NCBI GenBank assembly: GCA_002499195.1
Contig: DAKS01000051.1
Location: 1 to 62,010 of the forward strand
Reading direction: 5' to 3'
Length of the DNA: 62,010 nucleotides
From: Euryarchaeota archaeon UBA443
GTDB taxonomy: Archaea; Thermoplasmatota; Poseidoniia; Poseidoniales; Poseidoniaceae
This document shows positions 48,227-57,385 of this stretch, in pieces; positions within the stretch are counted from its first letter, which is position 1; each line of letters opens with the position of its first letter. A program made the translations under genes and the position numbers. Under the pieces are notes generated by a model, which did no database searches, was not told where the DNA came from, and saw only the letters and a program-made list of their open reading frames with translations.

Positions 48227-50995
48227 ATGGAGAACCCATTCAACGCGTTAACAGCCCTTTCGGTTAAACGTCCGAAAGCTACCATTGCATCCATTATCGT
48301 GATTACACTCGCACTATCATCGATGGCCCAATTCATCAATTTTGACAACAGTGAAGATGCCTTCTATCCTCAAAATGATACAACTGAATTGCTTTACGAA
48401 ATTGAAGATCGATATCAAGCATCATTAGATTTCATCCGTATAATCGACGAAATTGAACAGGGTGAGATGAAACAATCAACAACCTGGGAACAGTTTGCAA
48501 ATATTGAGGCAGAACTAGCTACGAACGAATTGTTCCTTGCTTACCAAGAACCATTGTATGGAGGAAGTGCAACCAGTGGACCAGCAGGTTCTGCTTTATT
48601 TTGGTTGAATACACAGGATTCAATCACGACTCAGTCATGGCGAGATAATCTTACCTTGCATCTTGCGAATGTTACAGTTGTCAGTGAGGAGAACTTTACA
48701 ACAGCACTCAACGATCTACAAACAGCAATTGATTCTGTGCCGTCTCCAGTAGCACCAAGCCCCCAAGATTTGAGAGATTGGAATCCTGGAGAAGTTGCAG
48801 ATTGGCAGCAAAGAATGGATGAGAACCTCAACATCAGCACAGAACTTGGTGCGCTCCAAGGTCAAATCCAAGGGTTGCTCGAAAGCCGTACAAACCCTGT
48901 TGAAATGGGTGCTCTTAACGCAGTTACTGGCCCACTTGAAGGCACTATTGGAACATATATTGGATTGCAGAAAATCGATCATCGCAGTAATATCATCGCG
49001 ACGATGCCTGCAGAAGACAAGCAAAGTCCATGGGAGAGTGATGGACCAATTCTCATTAGTTTGGTTGTTTCGACCGATGCTGCAAATTACGAAGATGCAG
49101 AGATAATAGGAGAGGTGCAAGAACTCATTGTTGGGTGGACTGAAGTATCCTTACTTGAGATTCAGAATTCCACAGGTGATGACGAATTACGCGTCTTCTC
49201 ATTCTCTGCTTTCCAGTATGAACAAAGTGCAAACATAGGAAAAGAGATTGGAATGTTGACATCGTTAGCATTGCTTTTCCTCACGATTCTATTGTACGTT
49301 AAATTCCGATCTGTTAGAGATACTGCGTATGTTATTGGCTTGACAATTCTCGCTATCGCCGCAACCTACGGAGCAGCAGGAATCTTCGGATTGACATTCA
49401 ATGCTGCAATGAATAGTATTCCGATTCTTCTACTCGCCATCGGTGTCGATTATGGTATCCACGTCGTTACACGGATTCGGGAAGTGATGCAGGATATGGA
49501 ACGTGATGATCCTCAAGGAAGAACAACGCTGAAGGATTTTGATCACGAACTACGTGTCAAAGCAATACGTTCTGGAGCAGTCCTAACTTCGGCAGCATTG
49601 GTCATCGCAATTTTTACCGATATGGTTGGATTCTTGTCCTTTAGGCTTTCATCCCAAATGTTCCTTGTCAACTTCGGTACTGTCATCGCGCTTGGATTAT
49701 TTTCGATCTATGTGTTGAGCATCTCCCTCCTACCTGCACTTATGACCGCACTGCCTTCGAAGGCGCTACCTCTGAAGAAATCGGGCGCAATGAACGAAAC
49801 CAAACTCACATCTACAATCGGTCAAATGGCAGAAAACAAGCCCATTCTCGTCATTTTGGTTGCTGTGATACTCTCCCTTCCCATGGCTTATGGAATGAGT
49901 ACACTTGAAGTTGGGTTTGATACAGCCGAACAATTCGATGATTCTCTTGAAGTTGTACAAGATTTTCTTATGATTGCTGAAGAATTCCAAAGCAGTCCAA
50001 CACCGTTGTATGTTGTTCTTGAAGGTAACATTCTCTCGGCTGAAGGTTTGCTAGCATACAACACTGCAATCGAAACCCTTAGCAATACAGAGGGAGTTAC
50101 TGGCTCCCCTACTGGAATGTGGGATACGCTTGAATCTGAACGTGGACGTAATCCCACATTGGATGGTTTAATGGCTAATTTGACCACTTCAGATGGATTC
50201 GATCTACTCAAAACATACCTGCTTGAGAATACCACTGGACGTGAACTCGTCGACTCGCTCCTGTATACCAATGGCCAACAAACCATAATTTCATTCCAAG
50301 CAAACACCCTCGATTGGCAGGCAACTGTTGACTTTGAGGAAGCGCTCTCTGCGTCATTGAAAGAGGCTTCAGCAACCGTTGAAGGTGACTTTTCAATGGA
50401 ACTCAGTGGCCGCGCCTTGATCCTAGCACAAATCAGTGCTGATGTAGCGATTTCAGCGATTACATCTACTGCTATCGTCGCATTCACGATCTTGTTTGTT
50501 TTGGTTATCATACAGTTCATCCGAACACAAAGCATCCAGCAAGCCGTCCTTCGTGGAGTTGTGATTTGGATCCCTCTTATCACAGTGGTCATGTGGGTAT
50601 ACGGTATCATGGGTCTTGCAGGTTATCAATTGAATTCACAAACCGTAACCATAGGTGCTCTTGCACTTGGTCTAGGTGTTGATTACGCGGTTCACTATGT
50701 GATTCGTCTTGAAGAGGAAGTGGAATTACATCCAGAGAAAACTGTCGCTCAATGGACATCGAAGACAACAGCTACGACCGGAAGAGCGATGCTCGGTGCA
50801 GCCATCAGTACTGCAGGTGGTTTTGCAATTCTCAACTTCTCTGGACTCCTGCCACTACGATTGTTTGGACAGGTGTTCATTGTTGCAATCAGCCTTGCAA
50901 TGATTTCAAGCGTGACACTTCTACCAACATTGTACGGACCATTCCTTCGCCATGATGCAAGGAAACACCTTGCCGAATTCAGCGAGCAGGAATGA
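48227..50995 (+). CDS. MMPL/RND family transporter
   Basis: Two repeats with AIGVDYGIH and GLGVDYAVH, large external loops, ~12 TM. Confidence 0.9.
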   Translation: MENPFNALTALSVKRPKATIASIIVITLALSSMAQFINFDNSEDAFYPQNDTTELLYEIEDRYQASLDFIRIIDEIEQGEMKQSTTWEQFANIEAELATNELFLAYQEPLYGGSATSGPAGSALFWLNTQDSITTQSWRDNLTLHLANVTVVSEENFTTALNDLQTAIDSVPSPVAPSPQDLRDWNPGEVADWQQRMDENLNISTELGALQGQIQGLLESRTNPVEMGALNAVTGPLEGTIGTYIGLQKIDHRSNIIATMPAEDKQSPWESDGPILISLVVSTDAANYEDAEIIGEVQELIVGWTEVSLLEIQNSTGDDELRVFSFSAFQYEQSANIGKEIGMLTSLALLFLTILLYVKFRSVRDTAYVIGLTILAIAATYGAAGIFGLTFNAAMNSIPILLLAIGVDYGIHVVTRIREVMQDMERDDPQGRTTLKDFDHELRVKAIRSGAVLTSAALVIAIFTDMVGFLSFRLSSQMFLVNFGTVIALGLFSIYVLSISLLPALMTALPSKALPLKKSGAMNETKLTSTIGQMAENKPILVILVAVILSLPMAYGMSTLEVGFDTAEQFDDSLEVVQDFLMIAEEFQSSPTPLYVVLEGNILSAEGLLAYNTAIETLSNTEGVTGSPTGMWDTLESERGRNPTLDGLMANLTTSDGFDLLKTYLLENTTGRELVDSLLYTNGQQTIISFQANTLDWQATVDFEEALSASLKEASATVEGDFSMELSGRALILAQISADVAISAITSTAIVAFTILFVLVIIQFIRTQSIQQAVLRGVVIWIPLITVVMWVYGIMGLAGYQLNSQTVTIGALALGLGVDYAVHYVIRLEEEVELHPEKTVAQWTSKTTATTGRAMLGAAISTAGGFAILNFSGLLPLRLFGQVFIVAISLAMISSVTLLPTLYGPFLRHDARKHLAEFSEQE

Positions 50996-52180
50996 TCAGA
51001 GTACTGGACGTTTGGTCTTACCAGATCCTCGATGGCCGATCATTCGGACAACTTCCCATGGCATGCTACCTTGTTGCTTCTCAAAATCGAGAAGATCGTC
51101 AACAGACTTTGTCCAATTCCATTTCCTTCTCCAATAGGAAAGAAGGTCACGCTTTCGAGATTCATCACATTCCATCCAAGATGGAACCTCATTTTTTAGT
51201 GAATTGAGTAATTCCTGATGATTTTCTTTCGTTGCACTGTTGAGTTGTTCTTGTTGATCCTTATCGAGTGGAAACGTTGCAGGTTGTGCCCAACGTGTAT
51301 GGCCACTTGGCAGCCATGTTAACTCGGGATCGCTCATATCAGTTAGTGCGGATAGCCCTGCATTAAGAACAGAATGCTCAATCTTCGGAGTGACAGGCCA
51401 CAAATATACCGGAAATCCCTTTCTTATCGCTGTTAATCGTTTCAATTGTTTTCCTTTCAGCCCCACTGTTCGTCCAATTGGTAGAAGGTTTGTAGGTGGA
51501 AGAAGATACTCTGCTGCACAAGGCATCATCGGAGATTGATTCTGTTGATGTTTACGCATTAATCGAGCAAATGAAGTCGTTAGGTATTCTGGGAAAACGA
51601 GTGTTCGCTGCGTCTTCCTGCCACCAAATGGCCGTATTGTTGGTAACAATGTTGACCAATCACGTTGTATATTGCCTACCTTTGCTGCATTTTTCATCGA
51701 TTTGTGAAACGCGTAATGCACTGTGGAATGCTTTGGGACCTCATATTCATCAAACAATGCTTCTGCTCGTTTCATTGTTTTACCCATGTGGGCATCGTGC
51801 TTTTTTCTGTTAAACCATCCACCAGTTCTCTTGATTTTCAAACTTGGTCGCTTTGATTCACAAACTAGAACTTTTCCTTGTTCTTGAACTGATTTTTGGA
51901 TGAGAGGATGTTCCAACAACATCTTTAGCGAGCAGAATCCAAATTCGATTAACTCATCCAAGTCCCAATCCTCAACAAAAGGCGATTTTTTCTTCCTTCG
52001 AGATGGATCGACTGAAACAGTTCTGTCATGATGAATGACTATCTGTTCGTCCTTTGTCAAGCGCATATCAAACTCGATTCCATCGAACAAATACATAGCG
52101 TGGACAAGGCTGTCCAAGGTATTTTCAGGGGCTTGTTGATACATCCGCTTCACCCATGCTATTTCACAATACTTCTTCAA
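50996..52180 (-). CDS. Glycerophosphodiester phosphodiesterase (GDPD)-family protein, apparently circularly permuted
   Basis: APENTL, GIEFDMRLTKD, VIHHD, ESK near N-terminus; IGHRG only at the extreme C-terminus. Confidence 0.8.
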   Translation of the reverse strand: MKKYCEIAWVKRMYQQAPENTLDSLVHAMYLFDGIEFDMRLTKDEQIVIHHDRTVSVDPSRRKKKSPFVEDWDLDELIEFGFCSLKMLLEHPLIQKSVQEQGKVLVCESKRPSLKIKRTGGWFNRKKHDAHMGKTMKRAEALFDEYEVPKHSTVHYAFHKSMKNAAKVGNIQRDWSTLLPTIRPFGGRKTQRTLVFPEYLTTSFARLMRKHQQNQSPMMPCAAEYLLPPTNLLPIGRTVGLKGKQLKRLTAIRKGFPVYLWPVTPKIEHSVLNAGLSALTDMSDPELTWLPSGHTRWAQPATFPLDKDQQEQLNSATKENHQELLNSLKNEVPSWMECDESRKRDLLSYWRRKWNWTKSVDDLLDFEKQQGSMPWEVVRMIGHRGSGKTKRPVL

Positions 52181-52268
52181 TTCCAGTATCAGTATTTATC
52201 AATAGAACTCATCTTTTATTCCTGTTAAGTTGGTAAACATCTAAACGAACAAACACTAGGCATCGGTT

Positions 52269-53726
52269 ATGAGTCCAGTAATAGTCATGACAGGCATGAT
52301 TCTATTCCTGACTCCTGTAATCTGCTGGTTGTTTTCAGTTCATGACAAAGAATCACGAGTCAAATATGGCACATGGTTTCAAACCATCAACAAGCACCGA
52401 TACTACTTTCATATTCTTGGCTATGTTGTCATTATTTGGTGGAAGAATCTAACCGATGGACTAAATGAATCCATTAAAGTGCAAGTTGGTCACTGGACTG
52501 AGAGTGTTCATGGATTGGAGGGAAATGCGGTACTGTGGGTTCAAACTACATTCGAAAATGATATACTCACCACTTTTCTCAATTTTCATTATCTCTTCGT
52601 ATATCTTTTCCTTATTTACGTGACGACTGTTTACTATGCTTATACCAGCGACAGAGATATGACAGACAAAGTCACGTTGAATTATCTCCTTATTTATGCG
52701 ATTGCAGTTCCTTACTATTTGTTCTTCAATGTCGAAGTTACGTCTTCATGGATTCCTGGGATGGATGCTCTATTGTACCATGATTCGTGGTATTCAACCT
52801 TCTATGCAACCCATGATCCGCTGGATAATGCTGTACCATCACTTCACGTCGCCATACCATTTGGCATCTTGATGCTTAACTATCTACATGTTAAATCAAA
52901 AGGACATACGCTTCGAGAATGGCGCCATTATCGCTATCATATGTTTATCCTAATCAATACAATCATATTCATTTTTGCAATTCTTTACCTTGGAATTCAT
53001 TGGATTGTTGACATACCTCTCGGGATGATTGTTGGTGGCATTGGAGCATTATTCATTCACCACTTACAACCTAGATTAAGGAACGATTATGGCGCCATGT
53101 TCAAAGGAGTTACACGCGAAAAGGTACGGAAGCACATCTTGGTTGAAGGTACAATTCTTCTCATCCTCCTTGCAGCAATCATGGGCGCTATTAATCATCA
53201 AGAATCTACAAACGATGACCAAGTATCGTTCCGGCTTGGCCCTGGAGATTCGATGCATGAAATCATTGCTGAAATGGATGATGGAGAGATGGTACTTACC
53301 AGCATATACAACCTCGATGATTCGATCACTCTTGAATACGCCATAATTGAAGTCGAATTAGCAGAAACTGGTTTTGATGATTTCAAAGTCGATTGGGAAG
53401 CAATGGAATTCCTTGCAGAACAACACTGTAAACAAGAGATACAATGTACAGGGACGCTTGTTGAGAATGAGGCAATCGACTTGAGATTGCAATCAAAAAA
53501 TGTGTATACTTTCATATTCCTACATCATTCTGGAGCTGAAGGAATCCTTGAGGTTCAAGTAGAATCAAGCTACGATAACTCAAAAAATTCCATGACCAAA
53601 GCGGTCTTACTTTCGCTACCTTCATTGTACATCACAGCATTTGTTGCGTTTCGATTATATCGATTAAACAATAATGAACGCCAATGGTTTGATCCACAGC
53701 CGTCCCACACATGGGAAGAAGAGTGA
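52269..53726 (+). CDS. PAP2 superfamily membrane enzyme (AUR1/inositol-phosphoceramide-synthase-like) with C-terminal external domain
   Basis: NAVPSLHVA and YLGIHWIVD motifs, multiple TM. Confidence 0.78.
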   Translation: MSPVIVMTGMILFLTPVICWLFSVHDKESRVKYGTWFQTINKHRYYFHILGYVVIIWWKNLTDGLNESIKVQVGHWTESVHGLEGNAVLWVQTTFENDILTTFLNFHYLFVYLFLIYVTTVYYAYTSDRDMTDKVTLNYLLIYAIAVPYYLFFNVEVTSSWIPGMDALLYHDSWYSTFYATHDPLDNAVPSLHVAIPFGILMLNYLHVKSKGHTLREWRHYRYHMFILINTIIFIFAILYLGIHWIVDIPLGMIVGGIGALFIHHLQPRLRNDYGAMFKGVTREKVRKHILVEGTILLILLAAIMGAINHQESTNDDQVSFRLGPGDSMHEIIAEMDDGEMVLTSIYNLDDSITLEYAIIEVELAETGFDDFKVDWEAMEFLAEQHCKQEIQCTGTLVENEAIDLRLQSKNVYTFIFLHHSGAEGILEVQVESSYDNSKNSMTKAVLLSLPSLYITAFVAFRLYRLNNNERQWFDPQPSHTWEEE

Positions 53727-53756
53727 GCATTCACTTTTTGGGAACCAACTCGTGCG

Positions 53757-54575
53757 ATGTACATGGCGTCCTCATCATCTCTGGAAGACGCTGTCTCTGA
53801 ATTGATGGATTCTTCGGGAGGGAAACTTCTCAATTCAACACGTGATTATTTACGAAAACGAGCGACTGCATTGGGAGGATTGTTCCTTTTTGGCTTGGTC
53901 ATCGGATTTCCAATCGCTAAAGCAATTGTTACATGGTTGATCGAAGAACAACGACTTCCCGATGATGTCAATGTTATTGTCACCTCACCTGTTGAATTCC
54001 TCATGCTACAGATTCAACTTTCAGCTAGCTTTGGAATATTCTTAGCACTCTTGCTCCTTATCACGGAAACAACTCTTAGAGGCGTTCGCCATCCTCTTGT
54101 CCTTGAACGTTTCAGAGAACTCAATGTTCAAGCTCCTAAACCAAGTTTTTCATTTGTATTTGCAGTAACTTCGAGCGTCGTTCTCGCTGCTTGTGGCATT
54201 TTATATGCGTGGGAACTGTTAACTCCAATGTTGTTCGAATATCTCAGCAACGATGCTCAACAAGCAGGTCTTTCCACCCAATGGAAGTTAGAAGCTTACA
54301 TCGGATTCATCCTTAACCTATGCATTGCAAGTGCTATTGGTTTTCAAGCACCGGTCATCACTCTTCTTGCATTGCGAGTTGGAATGGTCGAACCTCGAAC
54401 CTTGACATCTTATCGAAAGCATATTTGGTTTTCAGCATTCGTCTTAGGAGCAATCTTTTCTCCACCAGACCCACTTTCACTTTTCCTTGTCAGCCTACCG
54501 GTTATCTTCCTGTTTGAAATTGCATTGATTCTTCATCAGATCATGCCGAGGAAATCAATTCAGGTAGACTCTTGA
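53757..54575 (+). CDS. tatC: Twin-arginine translocase subunit TatC
   Basis: TSPVE, GFQAPVI, YRKH, FSPPDPLS, P...LFEI; 6 TM. Confidence 0.85.
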   Translation: MYMASSSSLEDAVSELMDSSGGKLLNSTRDYLRKRATALGGLFLFGLVIGFPIAKAIVTWLIEEQRLPDDVNVIVTSPVEFLMLQIQLSASFGIFLALLLLITETTLRGVRHPLVLERFRELNVQAPKPSFSFVFAVTSSVVLAACGILYAWELLTPMLFEYLSNDAQQAGLSTQWKLEAYIGFILNLCIASAIGFQAPVITLLALRVGMVEPRTLTSYRKHIWFSAFVLGAIFSPPDPLSLFLVSLPVIFLFEIALILHQIMPRKSIQVDS

Positions 54576-55422
54576 CCACAACAGGCATATTCCCAGGGCG
54601 ATGTCCACCTCTGAAAGAATGGAAATCTGATCCGACTGTAATCGCAAGACCATATGTTTGAGCAAGTTTCCACAGACGATGTCGTTCATCGTCTGAATGT
54701 GAACGATGGAATGCTTCGATAGCATCCACATTTGAAGCCTTTAGGTGTTGTATCAGTGTTTCATAATCTACGCCGTAGTAACGTGGATGCGCCAATGAAG
54801 TGATACCTCCTGCTGCATGAACCAATGCTGATGCTTCGGCAAGAGATGGTTTTGGACGCTCTACATTGCAAGGACGGCCATCTCCTAACCATTGTTCAAA
54901 CGCGTCATCCATGGTCTTGACATGGCCTGCATCAACCATAGCCATAGCAAGATGAGGCCGGCCAACACTACCTTTAGCACGAGAGAATACATCTTCAGCA
55001 TCGATCTCCATGCCAAAGGCGTTCACTTTGTCGATTATCTCAAGCATTCGTGGCACTCGATCTTCGTGTAATGGTGATAGCCATTGTTCGAATTTGTGCA
55101 AACCCTCTGGAATAGGATCGTATGGGAAATAGGCTAGAAGATGCCAAGATGAAGGAGGTCGATTGCGTGAATTTGCCTCTAAGATCTCATTATTCCAAGG
55201 CAATTCAACATCGCATGTTAGTTCTACGCCTGGAACAAATTTGATTCCACGTTCACCTGCTGCTTGCTTTGCTTCATCCCATCCAGCAATGGTATCATGG
55301 TCGGTTAAGGACCAGACACTAACTTGTTGTTTTGCCATTTCATCTGCAAGTTCGTCAACAGAGAGAGAACCATCACTATGCGTTGTATGGCAATGCAAAT
55401 CGAATGAAGAACTCCACATCAT
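54541..55422 (-). CDS. PHP-domain metal-dependent phosphoesterase (TrpH/YciV-like)
   Basis: DLHCHTTHSDG, LTDHDT, PGVELT, GRPHLA, LAHP, GSDFH. Confidence 0.9.
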   Translation of the reverse strand: MMWSSSFDLHCHTTHSDGSLSVDELADEMAKQQVSVWSLTDHDTIAGWDEAKQAAGERGIKFVPGVELTCDVELPWNNEILEANSRNRPPSSWHLLAYFPYDPIPEGLHKFEQWLSPLHEDRVPRMLEIIDKVNAFGMEIDAEDVFSRAKGSVGRPHLAMAMVDAGHVKTMDDAFEQWLGDGRPCNVERPKPSLAEASALVHAAGGITSLAHPRYYGVDYETLIQHLKASNVDAIEAFHRSHSDDERHRLWKLAQTYGLAITVGSDFHSFRGGHRPGNMPVVVKSLPELISSA

Positions 55423-55465
55423 ACCTTTCGCTCCAATCAACAGTTTTGAACCTCTCCATCTGATT

Positions 55466-56302
55466 TCAAAACAAATCATCCAAATCAGGCATTGTTGGAA
55501 TTTGGTCATTCGACTCAAACAGATCATCCAAGGTGGGCATATCTGGAACCTCATTGGTCAAATCTTCGTCAATATCAGGAAGTTCAGGGAGTGGAATATG
55601 AGCAGGTCCATCCGAAACGAACTCAGTGTTTTGATCCCGAAGTGGTGGTTGTGGTTCGATTCTTTCTTCTGCCCCAGGAAGTGGAATATGTTTAGGACCA
55701 TCTGACACAAATTCACGCTTTTCAAGAACGACTTCTTCTACCTCTTTAGGTTGAAGTTCGGATTCAAAGGTCTTCGACTCGAGGTCTACATTACGTTCGG
55801 AAACTATCGAAGCAGCAGAGGCCCCAAAATCACCACGCGAAAGAAGAGCGGTTGCTGATTCAACTTTAGAAGAGTCGACGATAGGGGTTTCACCGACTAT
55901 GGAAGAAATAATTGCAGATGTGTTTTGATTTGCAGAAGAAACTTGACGCGTTCCGACAACCGTAGCACTCGATTCAAAATCTGCAATCTGTTCCTCAACA
56001 GAACGGCGTTGAGGCAACTCAGGCACTGGCCTCTCACTACGGCCCCAAATAACGATTAAACCAAGGCAAATTGTGATGAAAAGCCAAATCCATTCTTGTT
56101 GTGACCATCCTGTAGCCCCCCAGTAATCGTTCTCATTCCCTGAAAGGAAACCACTGAAAAGAGGTTTCAGAAGGACTCTCTGGCCCTCTTGACCAGGATA
56201 TTTTCCAAGAAATGCATTCCCAAGTAATGCAATCAATGACATTGTAGCTATTGTGGAAGCAAACGCAGCAGTTCGAGGTGCTCGTTGTTCCATATCCCTC
56301 AC
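55466..56302 (-). CDS. Hypothetical membrane-anchored protein with disordered acidic tail and repeated peptide motifs
   Basis: 2 TM; 2x EFVSDGPxHIPLP; 2x LDDLF. Confidence 0.75.
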   Translation of the reverse strand: MRDMEQRAPRTAAFASTIATMSLIALLGNAFLGKYPGQEGQRVLLKPLFSGFLSGNENDYWGATGWSQQEWIWLFITICLGLIVIWGRSERPVPELPQRRSVEEQIADFESSATVVGTRQVSSANQNTSAIISSIVGETPIVDSSKVESATALLSRGDFGASAASIVSERNVDLESKTFESELQPKEVEEVVLEKREFVSDGPKHIPLPGAEERIEPQPPLRDQNTEFVSDGPAHIPLPELPDIDEDLTNEVPDMPTLDDLFESNDQIPTMPDLDDLF

Positions 56303-56306
56303 ATCA

Positions 56307-57173
56307 TCATGAACTCAACAATTCTGCTGCAGTAACGGTATTTGCCATAAGTATTGCAACCGTCATGGGGCCAACACCGCCGGGGACTGGTGAAAGAAGA
56401 GAAGCGATCGATTCAACATCAGGATGAACATCTCCAGCAAGTCGCCAACCTCGTTCTCGCGTCGAATCATCCACCCGATTGATACCAACATCAACAACGA
56501 CAGCTCCTTGTTTGACCCAATCGGCTTGGACCATCTCAGGCCGGCCAACCGCAGCAACGATAATGTCTGCTTGCAGACATTCAGACTTTGCATCCTTAGT
56601 TCGTGAATGAACAACGGTTACGGTTGCATCAACGCCACGTGCAGCAAGCAACAATGCTTGAGGCATTCCGACATTGAATGAACGACCGAGAACAACTGCT
56701 TTCTTTCCCGTCAAATCAACCTCGGCCCACCGAAGCATCTCCATAACACCAGAAGGTGTACATGGAACCATTCCATCACTTCTCCCTTGAACCAAGCGCC
56801 CTAGATTTACAGGATGAAATCCATCAACATCTTTGCGCGGATCGATCAGTTCAGTAAGGGCTTCTTCATCCATATGTTTTGGAAGAGGTGATTGAATCAG
56901 TATACCGTGTAAATCGTTCTGTTCGTTCATTGAACGGATATATTCTGCAACAACGGATTCTTCTGTATCTTCGGGCAATTCAACGTGTGTGGAACGAATC
57001 CCAAGACGTTCGCAAGAACGAATCTTGTTATTCACGTATACATGAGAGGCGGGATCATCGCCAACGATGATGACCGCTAGATGTGGTTGTACAGAACAAT
57101 CTGCAATACGCTGCTTAAGCCGTTGTTCCAAATCAGACGCACATGCTTTACCATCGAGTCGAGCAGCGCTCAT
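56307..57173 (-). CDS. folD: Bifunctional methylenetetrahydrofolate dehydrogenase/cyclohydrolase
   Basis: GDDPASHVYV, GILIQSPLP, KDVDGFHP, PCTP, DVGINR, PVPGGVGPMT; real start MSAARLDG (the ORF-track extension runs into the tRNA). Confidence 0.95.
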   Translation of the reverse strand: MSAARLDGKACASDLEQRLKQRIADCSVQPHLAVIIVGDDPASHVYVNNKIRSCERLGIRSTHVELPEDTEESVVAEYIRSMNEQNDLHGILIQSPLPKHMDEEALTELIDPRKDVDGFHPVNLGRLVQGRSDGMVPCTPSGVMEMLRWAEVDLTGKKAVVLGRSFNVGMPQALLLAARGVDATVTVVHSRTKDAKSECLQADIIVAAVGRPEMVQADWVKQGAVVVDVGINRVDDSTRERGWRLAGDVHPDVESIASLLSPVPGGVGPMTVAILMANTVTAAELLSS

Positions 57174-57223
57174 GTTTCTACCAAACGCTTCAATGGTTTG
57201 AGCGTTATTATCCAATACATTGG

Positions 57224-57300
57224 TGGAGCCAACGGAGGGACTCGAACCCCCGACCGTCTGATTACAAATCAGACGCACTACCAGACTGTGCTACGTTGGC
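57224..57300 (-). tRNA. tRNA-Thr (anticodon TGT), intron-less, CCA encoded
   Basis: GCCAACG-TA-GCAC-AGTCTGGTA-GTGC-G-TCTGA-TT[TGT]AA-TCAGA-CGGTC-GGGGG-TTCGAGT-CCCTC-CGTTGGC-T-CCA cloverleaf. Confidence 0.96.
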
Positions 57301-57385
57301 TTCAAGCCACGGGTTGCATCACCCCTTGATGAAGGAAACGGTTCAACCTCGACAAGGTCAATAGGGAAACACACTTGGGTGGGCT

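Noticed and set aside
49888-50610. 240-aa antisense ORF inside the MMPL gene, and similar ones such as 55163-55705 and 47245-47748
   Set aside because: Shadow ORFs fully overlapping well-supported genes, with no recognisable motifs
57174-57278. N-terminal extension of the FolD ORF (MRLICNQTVGGSSPSVGS)
   Set aside because: It is a translation of the tRNA-Thr gene; the real start is ATG at 57173
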